Of a stretch of DNA of 64,000 nucleotides, positions 28,594 through 37,936 are shown one piece after another. The notes under the pieces were generated by a model. It was not told the DNA's origin. It was given only the letters and a program-made list of their open reading frames with translations, and ran no database searches. The DNA comes from Phycisphaerae bacterium. GTDB taxonomy: Bacteria > Planctomycetota > Phycisphaerae > UBA1845 > Fen-1342. Where the stretch lies: positions 69,197-133,196 of the forward strand of contig CAXXTC010000006.1 in the NCBI GenBank assembly GCA_963666925.2, in the 5' to 3' direction. The position numbers and the translations under genes were made by a program. The number at the start of each line of letters is the position of its first letter. Position 1 is the first letter of the stretch.

Positions 28594-29259
28594 CTACTCG
28601 GGGTCGCTCACCTCGGCCGGCTCCTGCTTCGTCGCGCTCGCCTCCTCGATCTGTTCACCTTCGTCGCCGTCCAGCTCAGCCTCAGCCTCGACGTCAACGT
28701 CAACGTCGACGTCCTCGACATCGATATCATCGTCGGGCAGCTCGTCGAACGCACCCTTGATCGGTGCCACCACCATCACCATCAGGCGGCCATCTATGCT
28801 CGGCCGACGCTCAACCTTCACACGTTCCGCCAGCTCGTCGACAATCGACTGGAACGTAGCGAAGCCAATCTCCCGGTGCGACCGCTCCCGGCCGCGGAAG
28901 ATCATCGTGAACTGAACCTTGTGACCCTTCTTCAGGAACCTCACCGCCCGCGCGTATTTGATCTGCCTATCGTGAGTGTCCGTCTTCGGCCGCAGGCGAA
29001 CTTCCTTGATCTGCTGCTCGTGGCTCTTCTTCGAGTTCTTCTTCTGTAGGTACTTCCATTTGCCGTAGTTCATCAGCCGGCAAACGGGCGGGCGCACGTT
29101 CGGCGCCACCTCGACCAGGTCCAACCCCTGCTCCCGAGCCATGTGCATCGCTTCCGTGTTGCTGATTATGCCGAGCTGTTCGTTCTCTGCACCGATAAGC
29201 CGTACCGGCGAAACACGAATCTGCTCGTTGCAACGCAAGTTCTCTTTGATGGACGTCAC
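28594..29259 (-). CDS. infC: Translation initiation factor IF-3 with acidic C-terminal tail
   Basis: NEQIR..VRLI, GLDLVEV.P...[23 protein letters not shown]. Start is GTG 29259 or non-canonical ATC 29250. Confidence 0.96.
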   Translation of the reverse strand: MTSIKENLRCNEQIRVSPVRLIGAENEQLGIISNTEAMHMAREQGLDLVEVAPNVRPPVCRLMNYGKWKYLQKKNSKKSHEQQIKEVRLRPKTDTHDRQIKYARAVRFLKKGHKVQFTMIFRGRERSHREIGFATFQSIVDELAERVKVERRPSIDGRLMVMVVAPIKGAFDELPDDDIDVEDVDVDVDVEAEAELDGDEGEQIEEASATKQEPAEVSDPE

Positions 29260-29297
29260 CAGCCTTTCTCTTCAGGACGACTCTCCGGTCGACCCTT

Positions 29298-31466
29298 TCA
29301 GCCCGAGGTCCGGCCTCCCTCGGCGGGCGCTTTGGCACCACGTTGAGCAATCTCATTGGCACACGCGGCCAGAAAGTCGGGCAACGTCTGGCTTCCATAC
29401 TGGTTGCCCTCTCGCGTGCGCACATTAACCGTCCGGTCGGCCGCTTCCTGCTCACCAACCACCAGAATGTACGGTATCTTTATCAGCGTGGCAGCGCGAA
29501 TCTTCGCACCAATCCGCTCGCCGCTGTTATCAAGCTCCACACGCAGACCAGCCGTGCGAGCCTCCCGGCACACCTGCTCCGCATAATCCGCAACCTTCTC
29601 ACTAATCGAGCAAACCCGCACCTGGATCGGCGCCAGCCACAGCGGAAACGCTCCGGCATACTGCTCGATCAGAATCCCCATGAATCGTTCCATGCTCCCG
29701 AACAGCGTCCGGTGAACCATGATCGGCCGGTGCTCTGCGTTGTCGCTGCCAACGTACGTCAGCCCGAACCGCTCCGGCAAATTGTAATCCACCTGCACCG
29801 TCCCAAGCTGCCACTCGCGACCCAGGCAGTCCTTAACCACGAAGTCAATCTTCGGACCATAAAACGCCGCTTCGCCCGGCTCCTCAACGTACGGCATACC
29901 CGCCTGACGCACCGCGTCACGCAACGCCTGCTCCGACCTCTCCCAGTTCTCCATCGACCCGATGTACTTGTCGCTATCATCACGCAGCGACACACGCACC
30001 CGGTAATCTTCCAGGCCAATCACACGCAGCGCCAGTTCCGCCAGGTCCGCACAACCCAGAATCTCCTTCTGAAGCTGGTCCGGCGTACAGAATATGTGCG
30101 CATCGTCCTGAACAAAGCTGCGCACCCGCGTCAGACCGCTGACCTCGCCCGACTGCTCCCAGCGATAAACCTGGCCAAACTCCGCCAGACGCACCGGCAA
30201 ATCGCGATAGCTCCGCGGCTCCGACTTGTAAATGCAAATATGGTGCGGGCAGTTCATCGGCTTCAACAGATAGCCGTCCTCAACCGTCAACCACTGCCGC
30301 ACCCGCTTCAAACGCTCATCCATCGGCGCCGTCGCCGGATAACCATCACGCTTCAGGTCAGCATGCTCCGCCGCCAGTTCCGCAAACAGACCCAACTCCG
30401 CATCACTGGCCCGCTCGCTCGGGTTGTCCCGCGCCAGTTCCCACAGCAAATTCAGCCGCCGGCCCCGCTCCGACTCGTACAGCGGCGGATACTGGCTCTC
30501 CTTGTAATACGGAAAATGACCGCTCGTGCGATACAGATCCAGCTTCCCGATCTGCGGCGAATACACCGGCTGGTAACCCGCCTTCAGCAGCTCGTTCAGC
30601 ATGAAATCTTCGAGAATCCGCCGCACGATCGCCCCCCGCGGCTTCCACAACACCAGACCCGACCCCACCAGCGGATCAATCACAAACAAACCCAGATCCT
30701 GACCGATCCGCCGATGATCACGCTTCCGCGCTTCCTCCAGCATCTGGAGATACTGATTCAGCGCCTTCTTGTCCGGCCAGGTCGTCCCATAAACCCGCTG
30801 AAGCATCTGCTTCGTCGCGTCCCCGTGCCAGTACGCCCCCGAAACCTGCATCATCTTGAACGCGCCCACCTTGCCCGTGCTCGGCACGTGCGGCCCACGG
30901 CACAAATCCTCAAAGTGCCCCGCGTCCAACTCGCCGGTAACGTAAAAGCTCAGCGTATCGCCGTCCGCCCGCTCAGCGTTGTCGACCTTGTACTCGTTCC
31001 CCTCATCGTGCAGCCGGCGCAGACCTTCCTCACGCGGCAACTCGTACCGCACGAACGGCCGATCCTCCTTCACAATCTGCTTCATCCGCTGCTCGATCGC
31101 CTGGAAATCCTCCGGCGTAAGCTGATGATCCAGATCAATGTCGTAGTAGAAGCCGTTTTCCACCGGCGGCCCATAGACCAGCTTCGTCTGCGGCCACAGC
31201 GAACAAACCGCCTCCGCCATCACGTGCGCACAACTATGCCGGGCCACTTCCAGCCCATCGTCGTCGCTCAGTGTCAGCACCTGAAGATCAATCGCGTCAC
31301 CGTTCGGCGACTGGAGCTGCGTACCCAGCTCAACCACGGCTCCATTGACCTTGGCAGCCACCGCCACCCGCGCCAAGCGGGGCGAAAGGGCAGCCGCCAC
31401 ATCCAGGGCGGTTACACCATCGGGGTGTTCGACGACATTGCCGTCGGGCAAACGGACCTTCAACAT
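29298..31466 (-). CDS. thrS: Threonine--tRNA ligase
   Basis: TGS domain, HSCAHVMA, DLCRGPH, RDHRRIG, LKPMNCPHH, GLTRVR, AFYGPKID, GSMERF. Confidence 0.98.
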   Translation of the reverse strand: MLKVRLPDGNVVEHPDGVTALDVAAALSPRLARVAVAAKVNGAVVELGTQLQSPNGDAIDLQVLTLSDDDGLEVARHSCAHVMAEAVCSLWPQTKLVYGPPVENGFYYDIDLDHQLTPEDFQAIEQRMKQIVKEDRPFVRYELPREEGLRRLHDEGNEYKVDNAERADGDTLSFYVTGELDAGHFEDLCRGPHVPSTGKVGAFKMMQVSGAYWHGDATKQMLQRVYGTTWPDKKALNQYLQMLEEARKRDHRRIGQDLGLFVIDPLVGSGLVLWKPRGAIVRRILEDFMLNELLKAGYQPVYSPQIGKLDLYRTSGHFPYYKESQYPPLYESERGRRLNLLWELARDNPSERASDAELGLFAELAAEHADLKRDGYPATAPMDERLKRVRQWLTVEDGYLLKPMNCPHHICIYKSEPRSYRDLPVRLAEFGQVYRWEQSGEVSGLTRVRSFVQDDAHIFCTPDQLQKEILGCADLAELALRVIGLEDYRVRVSLRDDSDKYIGSMENWERSEQALRDAVRQAGMPYVEEPGEAAFYGPKIDFVVKDCLGREWQLGTVQVDYNLPERFGLTYVGSDNAEHRPIMVHRTLFGSMERFMGILIEQYAGAFPLWLAPIQVRVCSISEKVADYAEQVCREARTAGLRVELDNSGERIGAKIRAATLIKIPYILVVGEQEAADRTVNVRTREGNQYGSQTLPDFLAACANEIAQRGAKAPAEGGRTSG

Positions 31467-31522
31467 CGTGAAGCGTTCCTCATGGATGGGGTGTGATCAG
31501 GGGGGCGGGGGGGCGAGCTACC

Positions 31523-31689
31523 TTGGGGCGTTGTCCGCGGACTCGTGCAAACAACCTGACCAGGTCGCCGGTCCCTCCACCGGCATTGCTGTTCACACGC
31601 ATGTCAGCCACATTTCGTACCCAGGCAGACTCATCATCTTCTCTGTGCCACTCAGAGCACGTGCCAGGGGCTGTCCCGGACACCTCCAA
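31523..31689 (-). ncRNA. Candidate structured RNA (6S/SsrS-like, or a thrS leader)
   Basis: Starts just after a strong promoter. 5' UUGGAGGUGUCCGGGAC pairs with 3' GUCCGCGGACAACGCCCCAA; internal hairpin GCCGGU-N6-ACCGGC; about 167 nt. Confidence 0.45.
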
Positions 31690-31695
31690 TAATTC

Positions 31696-31723
31696 ACTTT
31701 ATCGGCGCAGGTGGCCTTGTCAA
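31696..31723 (-). promoter_or_regulatory. Sigma70-like promoter TTGACA-16-TAAAGT
   Basis: Consensus -35 at 31723-31718, -10 at 31701-31696, upstream of the RNA candidate and thrS. Confidence 0.7.
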
Positions 31724-31827
31724 CAGAAACTCCGACCCACGCCCCGGTTATAAACACCGCCCTGGCCGCAATACTGCCCACATTTGCGCCGCCAGCACTG
31801 CATGAGCCCCCCGCTAACCGCTCCCAC

Positions 31828-32475
31828 TCAGCTCACCTCGTGCCGCGGCCCAACCTGCGGACCCGTTCTCAAATCCCCCTGCTGAGCCGTCGCCTGAATC
31901 GACCAGCACATCACCACCAGCATCCCCATCAACACCGGGATCACTAACGACCAACTCGACGCCCAGACCCGAAAAGTCGACCCCAGTGACGGAATCAGCG
32001 CCGCCGTCAGCGACACAAACCCCACCACCAGCAACACCGCACCAACCAGCGTCGTCAGCACCACTCCCATGCTCCGCGGGCACAACGCCGCCTGCCCCAA
32101 CCCCGCCAGCAACCCCACACCCAGCGCCACAAACACGCCAAGCTCCGGCAGGTGCAATTGCAACCCCAGATACCCCGCCAACCCCGAAAACAACATCCCA
32201 CCCGCGAGAATCAAAGCCGCACGCCCCGATACAACCGCAATAAACCCCAGCAACGCCCCACCGCCCAACGCCGACAGCAGGACCGGATAACCAAAATGCT
32301 TCGCCACCAGCCACCCCAGCAGGCAACCCACACCCACATTCACCGCTCCCAGCAACACCCGCTGCAAGCGATACCCCATGAACCCGCTGACCAATCCGCC
32401 GCCAAACAACGCCAGACCGGCCGCCGCCGGCTGCATCGCCGCCCAGTCAAATACCATCCGCTGAACATCCACCAC
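31828..32475 (-). CDS. Multi-pass membrane protein (DUF4203/TM7S3-like)
   Basis: About 7 Gly-rich TM helices, FMGYRL motif, C-terminal IQ. Confidence 0.75.
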   Translation of the reverse strand: MVDVQRMVFDWAAMQPAAAGLALFGGGLVSGFMGYRLQRVLLGAVNVGVGCLLGWLVAKHFGYPVLLSALGGGALLGFIAVVSGRAALILAGGMLFSGLAGYLGLQLHLPELGVFVALGVGLLAGLGQAALCPRSMGVVLTTLVGAVLLVVGFVSLTAALIPSLGSTFRVWASSWSLVIPVLMGMLVVMCWSIQATAQQGDLRTGPQVGPRHEVS

Positions 32476-32668
32476 GGCAACGCCTCCGGAAGCGGGGGGG
32501 ATTCAGTCCCTCCAGACAGACAACAGCCCGGTGCGGCCGCCCCGCCGCGACCTCACCACCCATATCGTTATTCATCGGCGCAATCACCCCCCAACCACCG
32601 CCCCGTACCACCAAAACACCCCCACACAGACCACTCCCCCGCAATTCCGGGATCAACCAAGCAACCGA

Positions 32669-33487
32669 TCAGGCCGCCGCCGGCTCACCCTCATCAGCAG
32701 CGCTCTTTTTCGGACGTTTCCGCAACATATCCGCCAGATTCCACGCCAGCGAGATCCCCCACAATCCTGCCACAATGATCAGCCCCCACGATCCCACCGC
32801 CGCCAGCGTCGCCGGCCACAACGCCTGAAGCAACGCCATCACCGCAACAATGAAACACCCCGTACCAACAGTCGCCGCCCAAAAAGACCGCGCCGCTCGC
32901 GGCAACAACAGACCGAACAACAATCCAGCCAACCCAACCGCCCCCACAATCGCCACCACGCTCGACTGAAAAGAGGGCACCCGCTCGCCCAGGTACGCCC
33001 ACAAATCCCCCAACTCCGCCTGCCACGCCTGTCCATCCACCGGAACCGCTTCCGCGGGCTGCAACGTCACCAGCGCCTGATCTTCCGCCGTTTGCAGTCC
33101 CTGCGACAAATACTCATTCAACGGCTCAGCCACGCGCGGGGCATACAACGCCAGCCCACCCGCCACCAGCATCGTCGCCACCTGCACCGCCAGCCACACC
33201 CGAAACAGCAACAAACCCAGCAACAGACCGACCACGCTGCCAGCCCCCACCGCCGGCCACAGCGGCCACCCCGCCGCCTGGCTCGCCAGCCATCCACCGC
33301 CGCAACCCACCGCCGTCAACGCTCCCGCCACCACCACCGGTGCCAACCGAGCGCCGCGGAACATCAACAACAGCCCGCCCGCCGCCGAAATGCACAACAG
33401 GGCGATCGGAATCCAAGCGGCATTCTCCGGCAGGTGCTGCGACAGCGCCTCCAACAGTCGCGCTGGCATCTCATCAGTCGGCATCAT
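32669..33487 (-). CDS. Multi-pass membrane protein (DUF4203-like, with a soluble loop)
   Basis: About 7 TM; GLLLMFRGARL parallels GLVSGFMGYRL of the neighbour. Confidence 0.72.
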   Translation of the reverse strand: MMPTDEMPARLLEALSQHLPENAAWIPIALLCISAAGGLLLMFRGARLAPVVVAGALTAVGCGGGWLASQAAGWPLWPAVGAGSVVGLLLGLLLFRVWLAVQVATMLVAGGLALYAPRVAEPLNEYLSQGLQTAEDQALVTLQPAEAVPVDGQAWQAELGDLWAYLGERVPSFQSSVVAIVGAVGLAGLLFGLLLPRAARSFWAATVGTGCFIVAVMALLQALWPATLAAVGSWGLIIVAGLWGISLAWNLADMLRKRPKKSAADEGEPAAA

Positions 33488-33529
33488 CGGCCTCCTCTAT
33501 ATCTGCATACACCGCTGGACCGACCAGGT

Positions 33530-34462
33530 TCACCTACCCGCCGGCCGCTCCGCCGCCACCCGGTCCTCACGCCGAACTTCCAGGATTCGCTCCGGCAACT
33601 GCCCTCGATCAACATACAACGCCGTCAGCAATTCCAGCTTCCGCTGCGCCGTCGGCTCCACCGGCGGCCCTTCGCCCGGCGGCTCACCCCACCGCACATA
33701 ACAACCCGGGTGAATCGTCCGAATCCGCAGCCGACCGTCCAGCGGCCGCTCCTTCAAATCATAATTCGCCACATCAATCGCCCGCAGCGAGCTGCGAAAA
33801 GGCAACTGCCCACCCCGCCGAGCGTCGTCCAGGAATCTCGCCAACGCCAGCCCACCCGCCATATCCTCCCCCGGCCACGGCTGCCCCAGCTCGGGTATAT
33901 CCCCCCGCACGCCAGTGATGATGAACCACTCGTCCTCCGGAAACGTCGCCAGCGGCCCCTCGTTCGGCAGCCGTACCCCCGCCTTATCCACCAGGTACGT
34001 CCACCCGTTGATGGCGACGTACGCAAACGGCTCGCGAAACTCCGCCGCCACGCGCACCGCCCCATCCGCCCCCTTGACCACCTGGTGCACCTCCGCCACC
34101 CACGGCGAAGCCGACAGCGCCAGCCCCACCCGCTCCGTCAGCTCCGGATCGGCCACCGGGTCGTCGCTGTACAAGTCCGCGTCCGATTCAATCTCCACCA
34201 GTACATCACCATACGCCGGGCTCGACAGCCACGTCGGCAACTGCTCCCACACCAGGTGCGTCGGCCCCTCCTGCGGCTGCGCCTGCACGTAGTCGCGCAA
34301 CGCATCCAGCCCCCACACCAGCAGCAACACCGTCGCCGCCCACCCGCACAACACCCACATCCGCCACCACGCCGCCGGCGAAAGCCGCCACGAGCCGGTC
34401 GACTTCTTCTTACCCCGCGCCGGGGCACGCACCGGGCGGCGTTTGGCCGCAGCTCTGCTCAT
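33530..34462 (-). CDS. ftsQ: FtsQ/DivIB-like cell division protein
   Basis: Basic N-tail, single TM, SPWVAEVHQV...EFREPFAYV...LVDKAGVRLP (POTRA/FtsQ pattern); overlaps the ddl stop. Confidence 0.7.
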   Translation of the reverse strand: MSRAAAKRRPVRAPARGKKKSTGSWRLSPAAWWRMWVLCGWAATVLLLVWGLDALRDYVQAQPQEGPTHLVWEQLPTWLSSPAYGDVLVEIESDADLYSDDPVADPELTERVGLALSASPWVAEVHQVVKGADGAVRVAAEFREPFAYVAINGWTYLVDKAGVRLPNEGPLATFPEDEWFIITGVRGDIPELGQPWPGEDMAGGLALARFLDDARRGGQLPFRSSLRAIDVANYDLKERPLDGRLRIRTIHPGCYVRWGEPPGEGPPVEPTAQRKLELLTALYVDRGQLPERILEVRREDRVAAERPAGR

Positions 34463-35418
34463 TCCACATCCTCAATCGCCATCCGTACCAATCGCTCGCA
34501 CAATGCCTCGAACGATATCCCGATACGGGCCGCCGCCTTCGGCACCAGCGAATGGCTGGTAAACCCCGGCAGCGTGTTCACCTCCAGAAACCAGGCCTCA
34601 CCCGCCGCGTCGACAATCCAGTCGATCCGCGACAAATGCCGGCAGCCCAGCCGCGAGAATATCCGCCGGCTGTCCGCCTGCAACTGCGCAACCAGCGCCG
34701 CGGGCTGACCCGTATCAAACACGTATTCGGTCGTATCATCCTCATATTTCGCCGTAAAGTCATAGAACTCCCGCCGCGGACGCACACAAATAAGCGGCAG
34801 CGCCTCCTTCCCGATAATGCCGACGGTCAGTTCCACCCCCTTCACAAACTGCTCCACCAGCGCCCGCCCATAGCCGTTCACCGCCGCCACCAACGCCGGC
34901 CGCAGCCCATCCGCTGACTTCACAATCTCGATCCCCACGCTGCTGCCCTGGTCCACCGGCTTGATCACCACCGGCAGCGTCAGTTCCGGCCCTTCGCGCT
35001 GCGCAAGGGCCGCCTCGTCCCACACCTCGCTCGGCGCCGTCGCGACCCCCAGCTCCTCAGCGACCGCCTTGGTCGCCGCCTTGTCCATCGCCACCGCCGA
35101 CGCCCGCGAACCCGACCCGACAAACGGAATCCCCCGCTCCTCCAAAATCCGCTGCACCTGCCCATCTTCGCCAAACGTACCGTGCAACGCCGGAAAGATC
35201 ACGTCCGCCGGCCTATCAAGCGCGCCCAGCTCGTTCGGCCCGATGTCGGCCAGTCTCACCTCGTGCCCGCACCGCCGCAGCGCCTCGGCCACCGACCGCC
35301 CGGATTCGAGGCTCACCGCGCGTTCCGTACTCGGACCGCCCGCCAATACCGTAATGCGCAACTTGGAGAGCTCCCCGCCGGTATGCTCACCGGCTCCATG
35401 CTCCGGGGCCGAGGGCAT
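34459..35418 (-). CDS. ddl: D-alanine--D-alanine ligase
   Basis: GGPSTERAVSLESG, LHGTFGEDG, MDK, KPVDQGSSVG, YDFTAKY, LEVNTLPGFT. Confidence 0.97.
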   Translation of the reverse strand: MPSAPEHGAGEHTGGELSKLRITVLAGGPSTERAVSLESGRSVAEALRRCGHEVRLADIGPNELGALDRPADVIFPALHGTFGEDGQVQRILEERGIPFVGSGSRASAVAMDKAATKAVAEELGVATAPSEVWDEAALAQREGPELTLPVVIKPVDQGSSVGIEIVKSADGLRPALVAAVNGYGRALVEQFVKGVELTVGIIGKEALPLICVRPRREFYDFTAKYEDDTTEYVFDTGQPAALVAQLQADSRRIFSRLGCRHLSRIDWIVDAAGEAWFLEVNTLPGFTSHSLVPKAAARIGISFEALCERLVRMAIEDVE

Positions 35419-35430
35419 GCGTGACTCCCT

Positions 35431-36312
35431 TCACCAGATGTCCACTTCGAGTTCGAGCTCGAAACCCATACGATTGCGAACGCGTTCCTTCGCGAGCGAA
35501 ATCAATTGTATCACGTCGTCCGCCGTCGCGCCAGGGTGTGCCAAAATGAAGTTCGCGTGCCGCGAGCTGATCTCCGCTCCGCCCACACGCGTCCCTTTCA
35601 GCCCGCTCTGATCCAGCAACGCCCCCGCGGCCGCCCCCGCCGGGTTCTTGAAAATACAGCCGGCCGACCGCGCCGCCAGCGCCGGCTGATCCGCATGCTT
35701 CTCCTGCCAGATCGCTCGATATTGCTCCCGACCCACCTGCGGATCGCCCGCCTCCAGATCCAGCCACACGCCCGTCACCACCGCCCCATCCAACTCCGTG
35801 TGTCGATACGAAAACCCGAGCTGCGCCGCGTCACGCTCCTCGGCCACGCCGTCCGGCCGAACCACGCCCACCTTCCGCACCCGCGCGCCGATATATCCAT
35901 ACTTGCCGCCCGCGTTCATGCGCACCGCGCCGCCCACCGTGCCCGGAATCCCCGCCAACCCCTCCAATCCCAACGCTCCGTGTTCAACCGTCTGCCGCAC
36001 CAGCTTCGGAAAATCCGCACCCGCGCCCGCGTGTGCACCGGCCTCCCCAATCACAATCCCCGTCCACTCCGCCCCCACCAGCCGAATCACCGCGCCATCA
36101 AACCCACTCTCAGGCACCAGCACGTTCGCCCCGCGCCCCAGTACGCGCCACGGCACCTCCGCCGACCCCAGCCGCGCCAGCACCCGCCCCAGCTCGCCGG
36201 CATCGCGCGGACAGACCATCCACCGCGCCGCCCCGCCCAGCCGATACCACGTCAACGGCGCCAGCGGAACATCAGGCTCCACGATCGGCGCGAAGTCGCT
36301 CCACCAACTCAT
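35431..36312 (-). CDS. murB: UDP-N-acetylenolpyruvoylglucosamine reductase
   Basis: From ATG 36312: LGRGANVL, GIPGTVGGAVRMNAG, YRH, SAGCIFKNP, HANFI, LELEV. Confidence 0.95.
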   Translation of the reverse strand: MSWWSDFAPIVEPDVPLAPLTWYRLGGAARWMVCPRDAGELGRVLARLGSAEVPWRVLGRGANVLVPESGFDGAVIRLVGAEWTGIVIGEAGAHAGAGADFPKLVRQTVEHGALGLEGLAGIPGTVGGAVRMNAGGKYGYIGARVRKVGVVRPDGVAEERDAAQLGFSYRHTELDGAVVTGVWLDLEAGDPQVGREQYRAIWQEKHADQPALAARSAGCIFKNPAGAAAGALLDQSGLKGTRVGGAEISSRHANFILAHPGATADDVIQLISLAKERVRNRMGFELELEVDIW

Positions 36313-37721
36313 CCGCAACCTTCCAGATCGTGCCCGCACCCATCGTGATAACCAAATCGCCCGGCCGCGCCTCACGCAACAACAGCCGACGATACTCTCA
36401 AACTGCGGCACATAGCTCGCGCTGCCACCCCGCTGGCGAATCGCCTCTACCAGGTCGACCGCGCACACACTTTGCCGATCCCGCTCCGTGTCACGCACAA
36501 ATATATGTCCGGCACCACCACCCGATCCGCCTGAGCAAAGCTGCGCGCAAAATCGTCCAGCAAAAAACGCGTCCGCGAATGCTGGTGCGGCTGAAAAACA
36601 CACCACAAACATCCCGGCTGATAACGCCGCCGCGCCGCATCGAGCGTCACGCGAATTTCCGTCGGATGGTGCGCATAATCATCCAGCACACGCACGCCAC
36701 CAATCTCGCCGCGCAGTTGCAGCCGGCGCTCCGCCCCGCCAAACCCGCTCAGTCCCGACGCGATCGCACCCCACGGCACACCGCAATCATGCGCCAACGC
36801 CGCCACCGCCAGCGCGTTCTCCAAATTGTGCCGGCCGGGCAACCCCAGCCTCAACCGCCCCAGCCGCTCGCCGCGAAACTCGAAATCCCCCACGCACAGC
36901 CCTTCCTCAACCGCAACGTCCACCACCCGCCAGTCCGCCTCCGCCGCACTGCCGAACGAGCACGTCCGGCACCCCACCTGCGCCGCAATCTCCCGGCACC
37001 CGGAATCATCATGGTTGTAAACCAACAGCCCGCCCACGCCGATCAGCCCCGCAAACTCCGCAAACGAACGCCGAATCGCCGCCAGGTCCGCGTAACAATC
37101 GAGATGATCCTCCTCGATGTTCAGAATCGCCGCCCGGCGCGGCGCCAAATGATGAAATGAACGATCGTACTCGCACGCCTCGGCCACAAAGTGCGGCCCG
37201 TCGCCGACGCCGCTGCCGCCGTCCAGTTGCGGCACCCGCGCCCCGATCACGAAGCTCGGATCCAGGCCGGCCTGTTTCAGCACATAGCTCAGCCACGCGG
37301 CCGTCGTGCTCTTGCCGTGCGTCCCGCTGACCGCGATGCCGTCGTAGCAGCGCATCAGGTGCCCGAGCAGTTGGGCGTATTTGATCACCGGCAAACCGCG
37401 CTCCCGCGCCGCCAGCAGCTCCGGATGATCCGCCGGTATCGCCGCCGACGCCACCACCAGGTTCGTATCCGCCGGGATCGAGTCGGCCTCCTGCCGCGTC
37501 GTGACAAGCGCGCCACGCTCGGCCAGACGCACCAGCTCGATCGAAGCGGCCCGATCCGACCCGCTGATTCGGCTGCCGCGCTTCAGCAGCATCCCGGCCA
37601 GGCCCGACATGCCCGCCCCGCCGATACCTATCAGGTGAACGCAGAGTTGTTCGATCGGTTCCGTTAACACCTTCAGACTAACTGGCGCACTGGAAACGCC
37701 GGTGGAAGTGGTGGTTTTCAT
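36272..37721 (-). CDS. murC: UDP-N-acetylmuramate--L-alanine ligase, two apparent 1-nt deletions (about 36500 and 36386)
   Basis: IGIGGAGMSG, GTHGKSTT, EACEYD, DHLD, DDYAHHPTE, FQPH. The C-terminus DIY/FVRD... and PGDLVITMGAG lies in shifted frames. Confidence 0.92.
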
Positions 37722-37936
37722 CACGCGAGCTGGGTAAACAGGGTTTGAAATAGCACCAAGCACGCCCCCCACCAGACCCCCCACAACCGCAGCCAGACCC
37801 CCTCAGACTCATGCCGACTTCTCGATATACTGCGCGCTTCGCTCGGCGGCCGGTTGCCATCCGTGGCAAACCTGATGATCATGATCCGCCGACGGCATTG
37901 TAACCGGTGGCAGCCCATGTCAAGCCTGGAAACCAA

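Noticed and set aside
30280..30475. Intein in ThrRS
   Set aside because: The insert is only about 60 aa and lacks the N-terminal Cys/Ser and C-terminal His-Asn motifs.
31480..31690. T-box riboswitch upstream of thrS
   Set aside because: GGTGGAGGGACC does not fit the GGTGGNACC T-box bulge and forms a simple hairpin; no clear specifier stem or terminator.
29343..34708. Long plus-strand ORFs (717 aa and 725 aa) and similar antisense ORFs elsewhere
   Set aside because: Shadow frames of thrS, ddl/ftsQ, bamA, por and others, caused by high GC and strand skew; low-complexity R/P/H composition.
35431..36612. MurB with a 100-aa N-terminal extension, or a MurC-MurB fusion
   Set aside because: The extension is the frameshifted MurC C-terminus; MurB starts at ATG 36312 and repaired MurC stops at 36272.
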